Assembly (NCBI RefSeq): GCF_947503375.1
Contig: NZ_CANNDQ010000002.1
Coordinates: 271,182 to 335,181, forward strand
Source of the DNA: an uncultured Psychroserpens sp.
GTDB taxonomy: Bacteria > Bacteroidota > Bacteroidia > Flavobacteriales > Flavobacteriaceae
DNA: 64,000 bases
Direction of reading: 5' to 3'
The translations under genes were made by a program, and so were the position numbers. Positions 9,897-20,071 of this stretch are shown piece after piece (the stretch's first letter is position 1; each line of letters begins with the position of its first letter). Below the pieces are notes generated by a model. The model was not told the origin of the DNA, did no database searches, and saw nothing but the letters and a program-made list of their open reading frames with translations.

Positions 9897-11257
9897 ACGC
9901 AACACTTATAAAAAAATATAATATTCCAGGCCCTAGATATACAAGTTATCCAACAGTTCCATTCTGGGACGAAGCGCAATTCTCAAAACATAAATGGATT
10001 GAAACTTTCAAAACTTCTTTTAAAGAAAGTAATGCTGATCAAGGAATTAGTTTATACATTCATCTTCCATTCTGTGAAAGTCTATGTACATTTTGTGCAT
10101 GTCATAAACACATTACTAAACGACATTCAGTAGAAGATAAATATATTGATACTATTCTTAAAGAATGGCAATTATACCTAGACTTGATGTCTTCAAAGCC
10201 TATAGTAAAAGAAATTCATTTAGGAGGTGGTACACCTACATTTTTCTCAGCTAATAATCTAGATCGTCTTATTAACGGATTATTAAAACCAGCTATACTC
10301 CATGAAAATTATGAATTTAGTTTTGAAGGTCATCCTAATAATACAACCAAAGATCAATTAAAAGCACTATATCATTTAGGCTTTACTCGCGTAAGCTTTG
10401 GAATTCAAGATTATGATCCTAAAGTACAGCACGCCATACACCGTATCCAAACCTTTGAACAAGTTGAAAAAGTCACAAAATGGTCTCGAGAAATTGGGTA
10501 TACATCTATAAGTCATGATCTCATTTTCGGCTTACCGTTTCAAACATTAGAGACCATCACACAAAGCATTGACAAAACTAAATTGTTAAGTCCAGATCGT
10601 ATTTCATTTTATAGTTATGCTCATGTGCCATGGGTAAAAGGTGTTGGTCAACGTGGCTTTAATGAAGCCGACTTACCTAAAGGCAATCAAAAAAGAGCAC
10701 TTTATGAAACTGGTAAAAAACTACTTACAGATTTAGGCTATAAAGAAATTGGCATGGATCATTTTGCGTTAGAAACAGATGACCTATATAAAGCTGCAAG
10801 CAATAAAACCTTACACAGGAACTTTATGGGCTATACCACTAATACAACCCAATTGATGATTGGTTTAGGAATGTCGGCTATAAGTGATAGTTGGTATGGG
10901 TTTGCACAGAATGTTAAGACCGTTAAAGCCTATGAAGAACTAGTTGAATCTGGTGATATTCCAGTATTTAGAGGTCATATTCTTACTAATGAAGATTTAA
11001 TAATTCGGCAACACATTTTAAACATTATGTGTCACATGGAAACGTCTTGGCAAAATGAATGCTCAAAATTCTCAAAACTAAGTCAAGTTATAGAAACTTT
11101 AGATGAATTGATAAACGATGGCATAATTCTGATAGAAAACAATGTCTTGAAAGTTCCCGAAATGGCCAAACCGTTTGTTAGAAATGTATGTATGGGGTTT
11201 GATCTAAGACTACATGATAGTTACCCTGAAACTCAAGTATTCTCTATGACAATATAA
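9893..11257 (+). CDS. hemN: oxygen-independent coproporphyrinogen III oxidase (radical SAM, HemN)
   Basis: Radical-SAM CxxxCxxC (CESLCTFCAC), GGGTPTF, and HemN-like length. ATGA start/stop overlap with ccoI. Confidence 0.9.
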   Translation: MNATLIKKYNIPGPRYTSYPTVPFWDEAQFSKHKWIETFKTSFKESNADQGISLYIHLPFCESLCTFCACHKHITKRHSVEDKYIDTILKEWQLYLDLMSSKPIVKEIHLGGGTPTFFSANNLDRLINGLLKPAILHENYEFSFEGHPNNTTKDQLKALYHLGFTRVSFGIQDYDPKVQHAIHRIQTFEQVEKVTKWSREIGYTSISHDLIFGLPFQTLETITQSIDKTKLLSPDRISFYSYAHVPWVKGVGQRGFNEADLPKGNQKRALYETGKKLLTDLGYKEIGMDHFALETDDLYKAASNKTLHRNFMGYTTNTTQLMIGLGMSAISDSWYGFAQNVKTVKAYEELVESGDIPVFRGHILTNEDLIIRQHILNIMCHMETSWQNECSKFSKLSQVIETLDELINDGIILIENNVLKVPEMAKPFVRNVCMGFDLRLHDSYPETQVFSMTI

Positions 11258-11268
11258 TTTTTTGAAAC

Positions 11269-11282
11269 ATGATAAAAATCAT
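11269..11282 (+). promoter_or_regulatory. Crp/Fnr-type palindrome ATGATAAAAATCAT upstream of ccoS-ccoNOQP
   Basis: Identical to the 7449 site. A perfect -7 box TAATTTTG at 11305-11312 starts 29.5 bp from the palindrome centre. Confidence 0.75.
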
Positions 11283-11332
11283 ATTCTAAGACTATAACCT
11301 AACGTAATTTTGAATCATAACTTCTAATAGGT

Positions 11333-11521
11333 ATGAGTGTTATATATATTTTATTGAGTATCAGCATTATTGTAGCTGTTGTGTTTTTTATTGCATTTAT
11401 AACTGCAGTAAAAAATGGACAGTATGATGATAGTTATACACCTTCTGTTAGAATGCTCTTTGAGGATGAACTTATCAAAGAGCAACCTGAACCATCTATT
11501 GATAAAAAAAAGACTAATTAA
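11333..11521 (+). CDS. ccoS: cbb3-type cytochrome oxidase assembly protein CcoS/FixS
   Basis: 62-aa single-TM protein with the CcoS-type motif AVKNGQYDD, immediately upstream of ccoNO. Confidence 0.85.
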   Translation: MSVIYILLSISIIVAVVFFIAFITAVKNGQYDDSYTPSVRMLFEDELIKEQPEPSIDKKKTN

Positions 11522-11527
11522 ATTATT

Positions 11528-13717
11528 ATGGAAGTACAACAGTTTCATTACGATAATAAAATCGTAAAAAATTTCCTCTATGCTACAATGCTTTGGGGAG
11601 TTGTCGGGATGTTAGTAGGATTACTACTAGCTTTTATGTTTTTATTCCCAAATTTAACCGACGGCGTTTCTTGGTTAAGCTTTGGGCGTTTAAGACCATT
11701 ACACACTAATGCAGTAATTTTTGCCTTTGTAGGTAATGCTATTTTTGCTGGTGTTTATTATTCAACACAGCGATTACTAAAAGCTAGAATGTTTAGCGAC
11801 CTTTTAAGTAAAATTAATTTTTGGGGCTGGCAATTGATTATTGTTGGTGCTGCAATAACATTACCTTTAGGCTACACCACATCAAAAGAATATGCCGAAT
11901 TAGAGTGGCCATTCGATATTGCTATAGCCATCATCTGGGTTGTTTTTGGGTGGAATTTAATTGCAACCATTTTAAAGCGTCGTCAGCGCCATTTGTATGT
12001 TGCCATCTGGTTTTATTTAGCAACATTTGTTACAGTTGCTGTACTACATATTTTCAATAGCTTAGAGTTACCAGTAAGCGGATTAAAAAGTTATTCTGTA
12101 TACGCAGGAGTTCAAGACGCCTTAGTACAATGGTGGTATGGTCATAATGCCGTAGCGTTCTTCCTTACTACGCCATTCTTAGGGCTGATGTACTACTTTG
12201 TTCCTAAAGCAGCAAACAGACCTGTATATTCGTATAGATTATCGATTGTGCACTTCTGGTCACTCATCTTCATCTATATATGGGCAGGACCGCATCATTT
12301 GTTATATACATCACTTCCTGGTTGGGCTCAAAATCTAGGAGTGGCATTTTCTGTCATGTTGATAATGCCTTCTTGGGGAGGAATGATCAACGGATTACTT
12401 ACACTTCGTGGAGCATGGGATAAAGTAAGAACAGATCCTGTATTAAAATTCATGGTAGTAGCTATTACAGGATATGGTATGGCTACTTTTGAAGGACCTA
12501 TGCTATCATTAAAAAGTGTAAATGCAATGGCTCATTTTACAGATTGGATTATTGCTCACGTTCATGTAGGAGCTTTGGCCTGGAATGGTTTTCTAACCTT
12601 TGGAATGATCTATTTCTTAGTGCCTAAACTATTTAAAACACGATTGTACTCTACTGGATTAGCAAACCTTCATTTTTGGATTGGCACCTTAGGAATCATT
12701 TTTTATGCACTTCCAATGTATGTTGCTGGCTTTACACAATGGGCTATGTGGAAACAATTCAACCCAGATGGAACGTTAGTTTATGGTAACTTCTTAGAAA
12801 CGGTTACTGAAATTATTCCAATGTATTGGATGCGAGCTATAGGTGGTACATTATTCATCGTAGGTATGTTAATTATGGTCGTTAATATAATCATAACCAT
12901 AATGAATGGTAGCAAAGTTGGAGATGAACTCGCAGAAGCACCTGCACTACAAAGAGTGTCAAAGAAACGTGTTGCTGGAGAAGGTTGGCATACCTGGTTA
13001 GAGCGCAAGCCAATAAAACTTACCATTTTTGCTACAATTGCTATTCTAATTGGAGGTATTGTTCAAATTATTCCAACATTATTGGTCAAATCTAATATCC
13101 CAACCATTACTAGTGTAAAACCTTATACCCCTTTAGAATTAGAAGGTCGAGATATCTACATAAGAGAGGGTTGTGTAGGTTGCCACTCACAAATGATTAG
13201 ACCTTTTAGAAATGAAGTTGAGCGTTATGGAGAATACTCAAAAGCTGGAGAATTTGTGTATGATCATCCATTCCTTTGGGGAAGTAAACGCACAGGACCA
13301 GATTTACATCGCATCGGTGGTAAATATTCTGACAACTGGCATTTAAATCATATGTATGATCCACAGAGTACCTCATCTGGCTCTATTATGCCTGCTTATC
13401 AATGGTTAGTAAGAAATGAACTTGATAAATCACAAACCGAAGCTAAAATGAAAGCTATGGTATCATTAGGCGTTCCTTACACCGATGAAGACATTGCTAA
13501 TGCGCAACAATCAATGCAAGACCAAGGAACTCAAATTGAAAAGAATCTTTACACCGATCCAGATTTTGCGCAAACCTATGAAGCAGATAAACAAGCTGGA
13601 GGTGAAGAATTTATTGAAATGCGCAATAGGGAAATTGTAGCTATTATCGCTTATTTACAACGTCTTGGAACTGATATTAAAGTAAAAGACGCTGAAGTTT
13701 CAACAACTCAAAACTAA
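11528..13717 (+). CDS. ccoNO: cbb3-type cytochrome c oxidase, fused subunits I and II (CcoN-CcoO)
   Basis: The N-terminal multi-TM heme-copper oxidase domain carries conserved His contexts (GHNAVAF, GPHHLLYT, AHVHVGALAWNG). It is fused in frame to a CcoO-like monoheme domain (REGCVGCHSQMIRP). Confidence 0.92.
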   Translation: MEVQQFHYDNKIVKNFLYATMLWGVVGMLVGLLLAFMFLFPNLTDGVSWLSFGRLRPLHTNAVIFAFVGNAIFAGVYYSTQRLLKARMFSDLLSKINFWGWQLIIVGAAITLPLGYTTSKEYAELEWPFDIAIAIIWVVFGWNLIATILKRRQRHLYVAIWFYLATFVTVAVLHIFNSLELPVSGLKSYSVYAGVQDALVQWWYGHNAVAFFLTTPFLGLMYYFVPKAANRPVYSYRLSIVHFWSLIFIYIWAGPHHLLYTSLPGWAQNLGVAFSVMLIMPSWGGMINGLLTLRGAWDKVRTDPVLKFMVVAITGYGMATFEGPMLSLKSVNAMAHFTDWIIAHVHVGALAWNGFLTFGMIYFLVPKLFKTRLYSTGLANLHFWIGTLGIIFYALPMYVAGFTQWAMWKQFNPDGTLVYGNFLETVTEIIPMYWMRAIGGTLFIVGMLIMVVNIIITIMNGSKVGDELAEAPALQRVSKKRVAGEGWHTWLERKPIKLTIFATIAILIGGIVQIIPTLLVKSNIPTITSVKPYTPLELEGRDIYIREGCVGCHSQMIRPFRNEVERYGEYSKAGEFVYDHPFLWGSKRTGPDLHRIGGKYSDNWHLNHMYDPQSTSSGSIMPAYQWLVRNELDKSQTEAKMKAMVSLGVPYTDEDIANAQQSMQDQGTQIEKNLYTDPDFAQTYEADKQAGGEEFIEMRNREIVAIIAYLQRLGTDIKVKDAEVSTTQN

Positions 13718-13723
13718 TTCATT

Positions 13724-13909
13724 ATGCTAAAGTTCGTAAAAAACCATATGGAAAGCATCACAGGAATAGAAATCTATCCAATGATTTCCTTACTCATATT
13801 TTTCAGTTTTTTCGTCATCCTCTTTTGGTGGGTAATTACTGCAAAAAAAGACTACATCAAAAAGGTGAGTCATATTCCTTTAGATAACCAAAACACCACA
13901 GAATTATGA
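13724..13909 (+). CDS. ccoQ: small single-TM cbb3 oxidase subunit (CcoQ/FixQ-like)
   Basis: 61-aa ORF with one TM helix between ccoNO and ccoP. ATGA overlap with ccoP. Called from position and size rather than a strong motif. Confidence 0.7.
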   Translation: MLKFVKNHMESITGIEIYPMISLLIFFSFFVILFWWVITAKKDYIKKVSHIPLDNQNTTEL

Positions 13910-14871
13910 GACAGTTTTTCCCATCTTGGATAAGAGTACCTCTTGTATTCTTCATTATTTTCGGAGTCGTAGAATACTTTATTGACTCTGGTGACAAACC
14001 AGCATTTATTGAAGAACCGCTTGTTTTACTCTTCTTATTTTTAGTATTGCTAATCATTATCGCTGTAGAAGCTATCGTAGGTTCTATAGGTAACATCTTA
14101 TATCAAAGTTTAGACGCAGAAGCAAAAGCTAGATATGATGCAAAACAAAATGCGCCTTCCAAATTAGCACTTTGGGTTAAGAAAACTTATTTAAAACTAT
14201 TAGGTTCAAAACCAATTGAAGAAGAATATGATATCATTCTAGATCATAATTATGATGGCATAAAAGAGCTGGATAATGATTTACCACCATGGTGGCTATA
14301 TGGTTTCTATGCTACTATTATTTTTGGAGCAATATACTTAGTTAGATATCATGTGTTTAATGGAGAGGATCAATATGAAGAGTTAGATGCTGAAATTGCT
14401 CAAGCAAAAATTGATATTGAAACCTATAAAAAAACAGCTAAAGATCTAGTTGATTTCAATACAGTTACTGTTCTCACAGAATTGAGCGATTTGAAAGCTG
14501 GTCAAGCCATTTTTGAAACCAATTGTGTTGCTTGTCATAAAGCTGATGGTGGTGGTGGAATTGGTCCTAACTTAACCGATAAACATTGGGTTTTAGGTGG
14601 TGGAATTAAAAATGTATTTAAAACTGTTTCTGAAGGTGGACGTGATGGTAAAGGTATGATTGCTTGGAAACAAAGTTTAAAACCTTCTGAAATTGCTCAG
14701 GTTTCAAGTTACGTGTTGCAATTTCAAGGTACTTCTCCAGCTGAGCCTAAAGCCCCTGAAGGCGAAATATGGGTAGATGAAAGCGCTCCGATTGAAGATA
14801 TTCCAACTGAAGAAATGGAAGTGAAAACAGATTCAATAATCACTATTGAATCTACAGAAACAGAAGATTAA
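13906..14871 (+). CDS. ccoP: cbb3-type cytochrome c oxidase subunit III (CcoP), monoheme form
   Basis: TM helices, a CcoP N-terminal-type segment (DHNYDGIKELDNDLPPWW), and a single c-type heme motif CVACH (nt 14524-14538). Confidence 0.85.
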   Translation: MRQFFPSWIRVPLVFFIIFGVVEYFIDSGDKPAFIEEPLVLLFLFLVLLIIIAVEAIVGSIGNILYQSLDAEAKARYDAKQNAPSKLALWVKKTYLKLLGSKPIEEEYDIILDHNYDGIKELDNDLPPWWLYGFYATIIFGAIYLVRYHVFNGEDQYEELDAEIAQAKIDIETYKKTAKDLVDFNTVTVLTELSDLKAGQAIFETNCVACHKADGGGGIGPNLTDKHWVLGGGIKNVFKTVSEGGRDGKGMIAWKQSLKPSEIAQVSSYVLQFQGTSPAEPKAPEGEIWVDESAPIEDIPTEEMEVKTDSIITIESTETED

Positions 14872-14924
14872 TTGGTAGGACTTTCAAGATCATTATTTAT
14901 TGAAAATCGTAACAACATATTGTC

Positions 14925-16349
14925 GTGAACACACCTAAAAATGAAAGCTTTAGAGATTCTATCGGTACACTAACTGATGAAGGCAAACGTGCATGGGTAT
15001 ATCCTAAGAAGCCAAGTGGTCGTTACTATGAAAAACGAAAAATAGTAAGCTATGGTCTGCTCTTGTTTTTATTTGCGGCTCCTTTTATTAAGATTGGTGG
15101 TAATCAATTTCTAATGTTCAATGTGTTAGAGCGTCGCTTTAATATATTTGGGTTTCCGTTTTGGCCACAAGATTTTCATCTGTTCGTGATATCGATGATC
15201 ATAGGTGTCATCTTTGTGACCTTATTTACTGTTGGCTTTGGTCGTATTTTCTGTGGTTGGATCTGTCCACAAACGATATTTATGGAAATGGTTTTCCGAA
15301 GAATTGAATACTGGATTGATGGTGACAGAAATAAACAACGAAAATTAGACCGACAAAAATGGGATGCAGAGAAGATTCGAAAGCGGCTATTAAAATGGTT
15401 CATATTCTTAATAATATCTTTCTTAATAGCTAACGTTTTTCTAGCTTATTTAATAGGAAGCGATAAACTTATCAAATACATCACTGATGGTCCGTTTCAA
15501 CATTTAGGAACACTCTTCCCTCTACTCATTTTTACTGCAGTTTTCTATTTTGTTTTTGCATGGTTTAGAGAACAAGTGTGTATAATTGCTTGTCCTTATG
15601 GTCGACTACAAGGTGTTCTGCTTGATAATAAATCTATTGTAGTTGCCTACGATCATAAACGTGGAGAAGGCGAAAATGGTCGTAAAAAGTTTAGAAAAAA
15701 TGAAGATAGAGCGGCACTAGGACATGGTGATTGTATAGATTGCTTACAATGTGTACATGTATGCCCAACTGGTATAGACATAAGAAATGGCACACAACTA
15801 GAATGTGTAAACTGTACTGCTTGCATTGACGAATGTGATCATATTATGGAGAGCATTAATCTTCCAAAAGGATTAATTAGATATGCCAGTGAAGAAAATA
15901 TCGAAAAGAAAAAGAAGTTTGAATTTTCTCCGCGATTAAAAGGTTACACAGCTGTATTAGTTATACTTATTGGTGTTTTAATAGGAATGTTAATGCTTAG
16001 AAATGATCTAGAAGCTAGAGTATTAAGGCTTCCTGGGCAATTATACGAACATAAAGAAGGGACTATTATAAGTAATGTATTTACATACAAGCTTATAAAT
16101 AAAACAACCAAAACTATAAGCGATGTAAGCTTTAAACTACGAAAGTATAAAGGAGAAATTAAATTGGTATCAACATCAAACACCTTTGAAGTTCCTGCTC
16201 AAGGTCTTGCTGAAGGTACATTGTTCATTGAAATTGATAAAAACGAACTTAAAGGAGATAAAAACAAATTAATGATTGAGGTCTATAATGGTGATGAGTT
16301 AATTGAAACAACCAGTGTCAACTTTTTAGGTCCAAGAAGTTATAATTAA
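14925..16349 (+). CDS. ccoG: cytochrome c oxidase accessory protein CcoG/FixG (4Fe-4S)
   Basis: TM helices plus two ferredoxin-type Cys clusters (CIDCLQCVHVCP and CVNCTACIDEC). GTG start in the ORF track. Confidence 0.88.
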   Translation: MNTPKNESFRDSIGTLTDEGKRAWVYPKKPSGRYYEKRKIVSYGLLLFLFAAPFIKIGGNQFLMFNVLERRFNIFGFPFWPQDFHLFVISMIIGVIFVTLFTVGFGRIFCGWICPQTIFMEMVFRRIEYWIDGDRNKQRKLDRQKWDAEKIRKRLLKWFIFLIISFLIANVFLAYLIGSDKLIKYITDGPFQHLGTLFPLLIFTAVFYFVFAWFREQVCIIACPYGRLQGVLLDNKSIVVAYDHKRGEGENGRKKFRKNEDRAALGHGDCIDCLQCVHVCPTGIDIRNGTQLECVNCTACIDECDHIMESINLPKGLIRYASEENIEKKKKFEFSPRLKGYTAVLVILIGVLIGMLMLRNDLEARVLRLPGQLYEHKEGTIISNVFTYKLINKTTKTISDVSFKLRKYKGEIKLVSTSNTFEVPAQGLAEGTLFIEIDKNELKGDKNKLMIEVYNGDELIETTSVNFLGPRSYN

Positions 16350-16363
16350 ATAAAAAGAGCATT

Positions 16364-16810
16364 ATGAAAATTAATTGGGGAACAGGTATCGTGTTAGCAT
16401 TTATAGGGTTTATAAGCTTCATCATGTATTTCGTTATCAATATGACTACCAACGATAAATATGATTCTTCACTAGTAACAAAAGAATATTACAAAGAAGA
16501 GTTGAAGTACCAAGAAGATATCAATAAAGAAACTAATGCTAAAAACTTAATCACTAATATCACATGGAAACGTACTTCAGAAGGTTTAGAACTATTGTTC
16601 CCAGATAACATGGACGCTAAAGCTATTACTGGAAAAGTGTTCCTATATAGACCATCTAACAAACAAGTAGACTTTGAAACTACAATTTCATTGTCTAATC
16701 ACAATTTGCTCATACCTGACAAACGTTTGTTGGATGGTCGTTGGAACCTTAAAGTCGATTGGCAATATAACGGAAAATCATATCTCTACAAAAAAGAAAT
16801 TGTGTACTAA
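16364..16810 (+). CDS. FixH family protein
   Basis: 148-aa protein with one N-terminal TM helix, directly after ccoG as in ccoGH/fixGH clusters. Confidence 0.7.
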   Translation: MKINWGTGIVLAFIGFISFIMYFVINMTTNDKYDSSLVTKEYYKEELKYQEDINKETNAKNLITNITWKRTSEGLELLFPDNMDAKAITGKVFLYRPSNKQVDFETTISLSNHNLLIPDKRLLDGRWNLKVDWQYNGKSYLYKKEIVY

Positions 16811-17512
16811 ATGTTTTGGTCTGCTATCATATTAGGTCTATTAGGAAGTTTCCACTGTATTGGGATGTGTGGTCCTATTGCCTTTATGTTACCTGTAGAC
16901 AGAAATCACACCTCTAAGAAAATTTTTCAAATTTCTATTTATCATTTTGGACGATTACTAGCATACAGCCTTATTGGATTGATCTTTGGACTTGTAGGCA
17001 AGAGCTTATATATATTTGGGATACAACAACAACTATCGATTGCTATAGGAGTAATAATGATTATAATCGTTTTAATTCCGAATAACGTATTTAATACGTA
17101 TAACTTCTCGAGACCTGTTTTTAAACTTATTTCTAAAGTAAAGTCTACTTTAGGCAAAGCATTGAAAAGAAAAACAGCAGACACATTTTTAACAATTGGT
17201 TTTCTTAATGGGTTTTTACCGTGCGGATTGATTTATATGGCAGTTATTGCATCTCTAGCAACACAGAATGCAATACAAAGCAGCATATACATGCTACTAT
17301 TTGGTGTTGGCACTATACCATTGATGACGACAGCTGTTTATATTGGTAAATTTTTAAATACGACCATTAAACAACGTATACAAAAAACGATTCCTATTTT
17401 TGTTTTAATCATTGGTCTACTATTCATCATTAGAGGTATGGGTTTAGATATTCCTTACTTATCTCCTACACCAGTTATTGAAATGACTTCAAGCGCTATC
17501 GAATGCCATTAA
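16811..17512 (+). CDS. DsbD_2 / TauE-SafE-like integral membrane protein of the cco assembly cluster
   Basis: Multi-TM protein with an N-terminal GSFHCIGMCGPI motif. Its start abuts the fixH-like stop. Confidence 0.7.
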   Translation: MFWSAIILGLLGSFHCIGMCGPIAFMLPVDRNHTSKKIFQISIYHFGRLLAYSLIGLIFGLVGKSLYIFGIQQQLSIAIGVIMIIIVLIPNNVFNTYNFSRPVFKLISKVKSTLGKALKRKTADTFLTIGFLNGFLPCGLIYMAVIASLATQNAIQSSIYMLLFGVGTIPLMTTAVYIGKFLNTTIKQRIQKTIPIFVLIIGLLFIIRGMGLDIPYLSPTPVIEMTSSAIECH

Positions 17513-17548
17513 ACGCATTACTATACTATCTACTTATTTGAATACAAA

Positions 17549-17562
17549 CTGATATAAGTCAT
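17549..17562 (+). promoter_or_regulatory. Crp/Fnr-type box CTGATATAAGTCAT upstream of usp/PNPOx-like operon
   Basis: TGAT-N4-GTCA core. The -7-like box TAACTTTA at 17585-17592 has the same 29.5-bp offset. Confidence 0.6.
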
Positions 17563-17606
17563 ACTTTTCTCGAATTGAATTATGTAACTTTAAGATACAT
17601 AATTCA

Positions 17607-18440
17607 ATGACCATGAAAAAGATCATTCTATTAACCGATTTCTCCGATAACGCGCTTGATGCTATTCACTATAGTATGCGCTTTTTTTCGTCAGAAAAAT
17701 GCATATTCTACTTGATGCATGTTCATAAGGCTGGTTCGTTTATTTCAGATGATTTAATGACCTCTTCATCCGAAAGTATTTACGAATCAATTACGAAAGC
17801 TCCACGAGAAAAGCTAAATACCTTAGCTGAAAACCTCAAAAAACAATACAATAACTCTAATCATACATTTGGGATTATTATTGATTTTGATGTCTTTACA
17901 GATGCCGTAAATCAAGCTATAAAAACCTATGATATAGATATTGTCATCATGGGTTCAAATGGTATTTCTGGTGTTAAAGAAGTGATCTTCGGAAGTAATA
18001 CTTTAAACGTCATTAGAGGTGTAATATGTAAAACATTGATTATACCCAATAATTACATGTTTAAACCAGCTAAGAACTTTTTACTTCCGCTACAAGATAA
18101 AGACATCATCAATGAAGAACAAATCAACCTTGTAAATGAATTTACAAAAAAGCAACAACTTAAACTTCATGTATTAAGAGTATGCTCAAAAGAAAAAATT
18201 GTTGAAACAATACGAACTGACAACTCAAAACTCAACACTACCAGTTGCAATTACAATATAGAATCTTCTAAATTCTTTGACGCTGTAATTGATTACTTAG
18301 AAGTTCATGACATAGATTTAATGGGATTGATTGTTCATGATAAGTCATTCATTGAACGCTTATTTACCGAATCGCCTACTATTAAATTGAGCAAAGTCAT
18401 TAAATTACCGTTACTGATTTTTCACTCATCAGAACATTAA
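17607..18440 (+). CDS. universal stress protein (tandem USP domains)
   Basis: Two USP-like alpha/beta modules (KIILLTDFSDNA ... VIMGSNGISGVKEVIFGSNT ... PLLIF). An Fnr-type box lies upstream. Confidence 0.8.
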   Translation: MTMKKIILLTDFSDNALDAIHYSMRFFSSEKCIFYLMHVHKAGSFISDDLMTSSSESIYESITKAPREKLNTLAENLKKQYNNSNHTFGIIIDFDVFTDAVNQAIKTYDIDIVIMGSNGISGVKEVIFGSNTLNVIRGVICKTLIIPNNYMFKPAKNFLLPLQDKDIINEEQINLVNEFTKKQQLKLHVLRVCSKEKIVETIRTDNSKLNTTSCNYNIESSKFFDAVIDYLEVHDIDLMGLIVHDKSFIERLFTESPTIKLSKVIKLPLLIFHSSEH

Positions 18441-18452
18441 AATTAAAATCTT

Positions 18453-18902
18453 ATGATAAAAAATCTTGATCGAATTGAATGCGAACTGATATTAAAACAG
18501 AACTACATTGGTCATTTGGCTTACGTATACCAAAACAAACCTTTTGTTATTCCAATAACTTATTTCTTCAATGCTAATAAAATTATTTGCTATTCTGGAG
18601 AAGGTCATAAAATCAATGCAATGCGTAAACATGCTCCAGTTGCTCTTGAAGTTTCAGACATTACTTCTGTTAATCATTGGCAATCTATAGCTGTACATGG
18701 TAGTTATGAAGAATATGAAGGTAGTGAGGCCAAAGCACTATTGCATGAGTTTTCTTTAGGAATTAAAGATATTATTATGACCAAAGAACGGCGTGACTTA
18801 GATTTTATAAGTGAATTCTCGGCCAAAATTGCTAAAAACGATATTCCAATAGTATTCGTTATCAATATTGAAGAAATCACCGGAAAGATGAGGCGTAAAT
18901 AG
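18453..18902 (+). CDS. pyridoxamine 5'-phosphate oxidase-like (split-barrel flavin-binding) family protein
   Basis: The N-terminal segment (ECELILKQNYIGHLAYVYQNKPFVIPITYFF) is typical of Pyridox_ox_2-type proteins. It starts 12 nt after usp. Confidence 0.7.
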   Translation: MIKNLDRIECELILKQNYIGHLAYVYQNKPFVIPITYFFNANKIICYSGEGHKINAMRKHAPVALEVSDITSVNHWQSIAVHGSYEEYEGSEAKALLHEFSLGIKDIIMTKERRDLDFISEFSAKIAKNDIPIVFVINIEEITGKMRRK

Positions 18903-18910
18903 AGCTTCTT

Positions 18911-20071
18911 TTATGTGAAAGGCACTTTTTTTCTATCTCGCTTTATAAAATGAATTTTATCTTCAATAACAACCTTCTTCCTGTAACCAAATAAATGAAA
19001 CACTTTGGTAGTTAAAAATAAAGCTATCCGTCTATTAGCAATAAGGCAATACGTGTTTTCTGGGTGTTTACTTATTCCTGGAAGAAGCCTCAATAACTGA
19101 TGAAATTTTAGACTTCTTAGGACAGTAGATAAAACTAACCAGAAACGAGAAAGCTTTCTTACAATAAAAAAACCATCTTCACCTTGTTTTTGATAGAGTG
19201 GCATAAAAATGAGACCATTTAACGGACTCTTTATTTCACTTACGCCATCGTGAGCTAATAATTGATGTTTAATTACCTGTGTAAAATTTTTAAATCCAGA
19301 ACACATTTCAAACTCATTAGTCTCAGCTAAAGAGTGCCTATACATTATTTCATAAAACCCTTTTTCTATATGTAGCAATTTATCATACTCTTTATAAGAA
19401 ATTAAATGTTTATTTACCATACTTAGTTTTTCCATAACCAGCCAAACAAATGCTTCGCAGTATAATATAGACTTTTCATCATCATGCTTCCCAGCTTCAA
19501 AACCTATAGACACATGACCAAACTCATTGATATAAGACAATAGAGGCCCATCTAAATACTCCTCTATACCAAGAACGATAGGAATATTAAATTTGTCTGC
19601 CAAAGACCTATTATTTAGCGAATCGCTTATAGTGATAAATGGAATTGTTGAAGAAGACGTTGTATGAAGGTCTACGAACACTAAATTACCATTGTGTTTT
19701 TTACTTATATCTTTAATGGTATTGTAAAGTTCGTATTGTTCTCTTTGCTCTTCAAATTCAAAATATTTACTGTCATTCAACACTTTGATATCGTCTTCAG
19801 ACCATAATCTATTAAGATCAAAATCCTTATATCTAATTCCAGCTTCAAAAGCACTTATGTTTCCTAACAAAGCATAAAAATTACCATTGATTTTTATGGC
19901 TTTAGATACGATGTCTTCAACAATTTTTCTCAGGCCTAAAACACCTGCTGGTTCATTTCCATGAATACCTCCAATACATACTAATGTTGTTGCATTGTCA
20001 ATATGACTTTGGCTGTATATAATTCTATTTGTGACAGTCTTGTTGATAGGTTCTGTTATGGTTTTAATCAT
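18911..20071 (-). CDS. succinylglutamate desuccinylase/aspartoacylase (AstE/AspA) family Zn-hydrolase with unknown C-terminal extension
   Basis: Zn-ligand motifs GGIHGNEPAG and VDLHTTSS. A C-terminal extension of about 150 aa is uncharacterised. Its start codon directly abuts the stop of the upstream ligase-CBS gene. Confidence 0.75.
   Translation of the reverse strand: MIKTITEPINKTVTNRIIYSQSHIDNATTLVCIGGIHGNEPAGVLGLRKIVEDIVSKAIKINGNFYALLGNISAFEAGIRYKDFDLNRLWSEDDIKVLNDSKYFEFEEQREQYELYNTIKDISKKHNGNLVFVDLHTTSSSTIPFITISDSLNNRSLADKFNIPIVLGIEEYLDGPLLSYINEFGHVSIGFEAGKHDDEKSILYCEAFVWLVMEKLSMVNKHLISYKEYDKLLHIEKGFYEIMYRHSLAETNEFEMCSGFKNFTQVIKHQLLAHDGVSEIKSPLNGLIFMPLYQKQGEDGFFIVRKLSRFWLVLSTVLRSLKFHQLLRLLPGISKHPENTYCLIANRRIALFLTTKVFHLFGYRKKVVIEDKIHFIKRDRKKVPFT

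Noticed and set aside
11821-13026. Nested ORFs 11821-12060 (+) and 12781-13026 (-) inside ccoNO
   Set aside because: They are alternative-frame or antisense ORFs within a gene with unambiguous heme-copper oxidase motifs.
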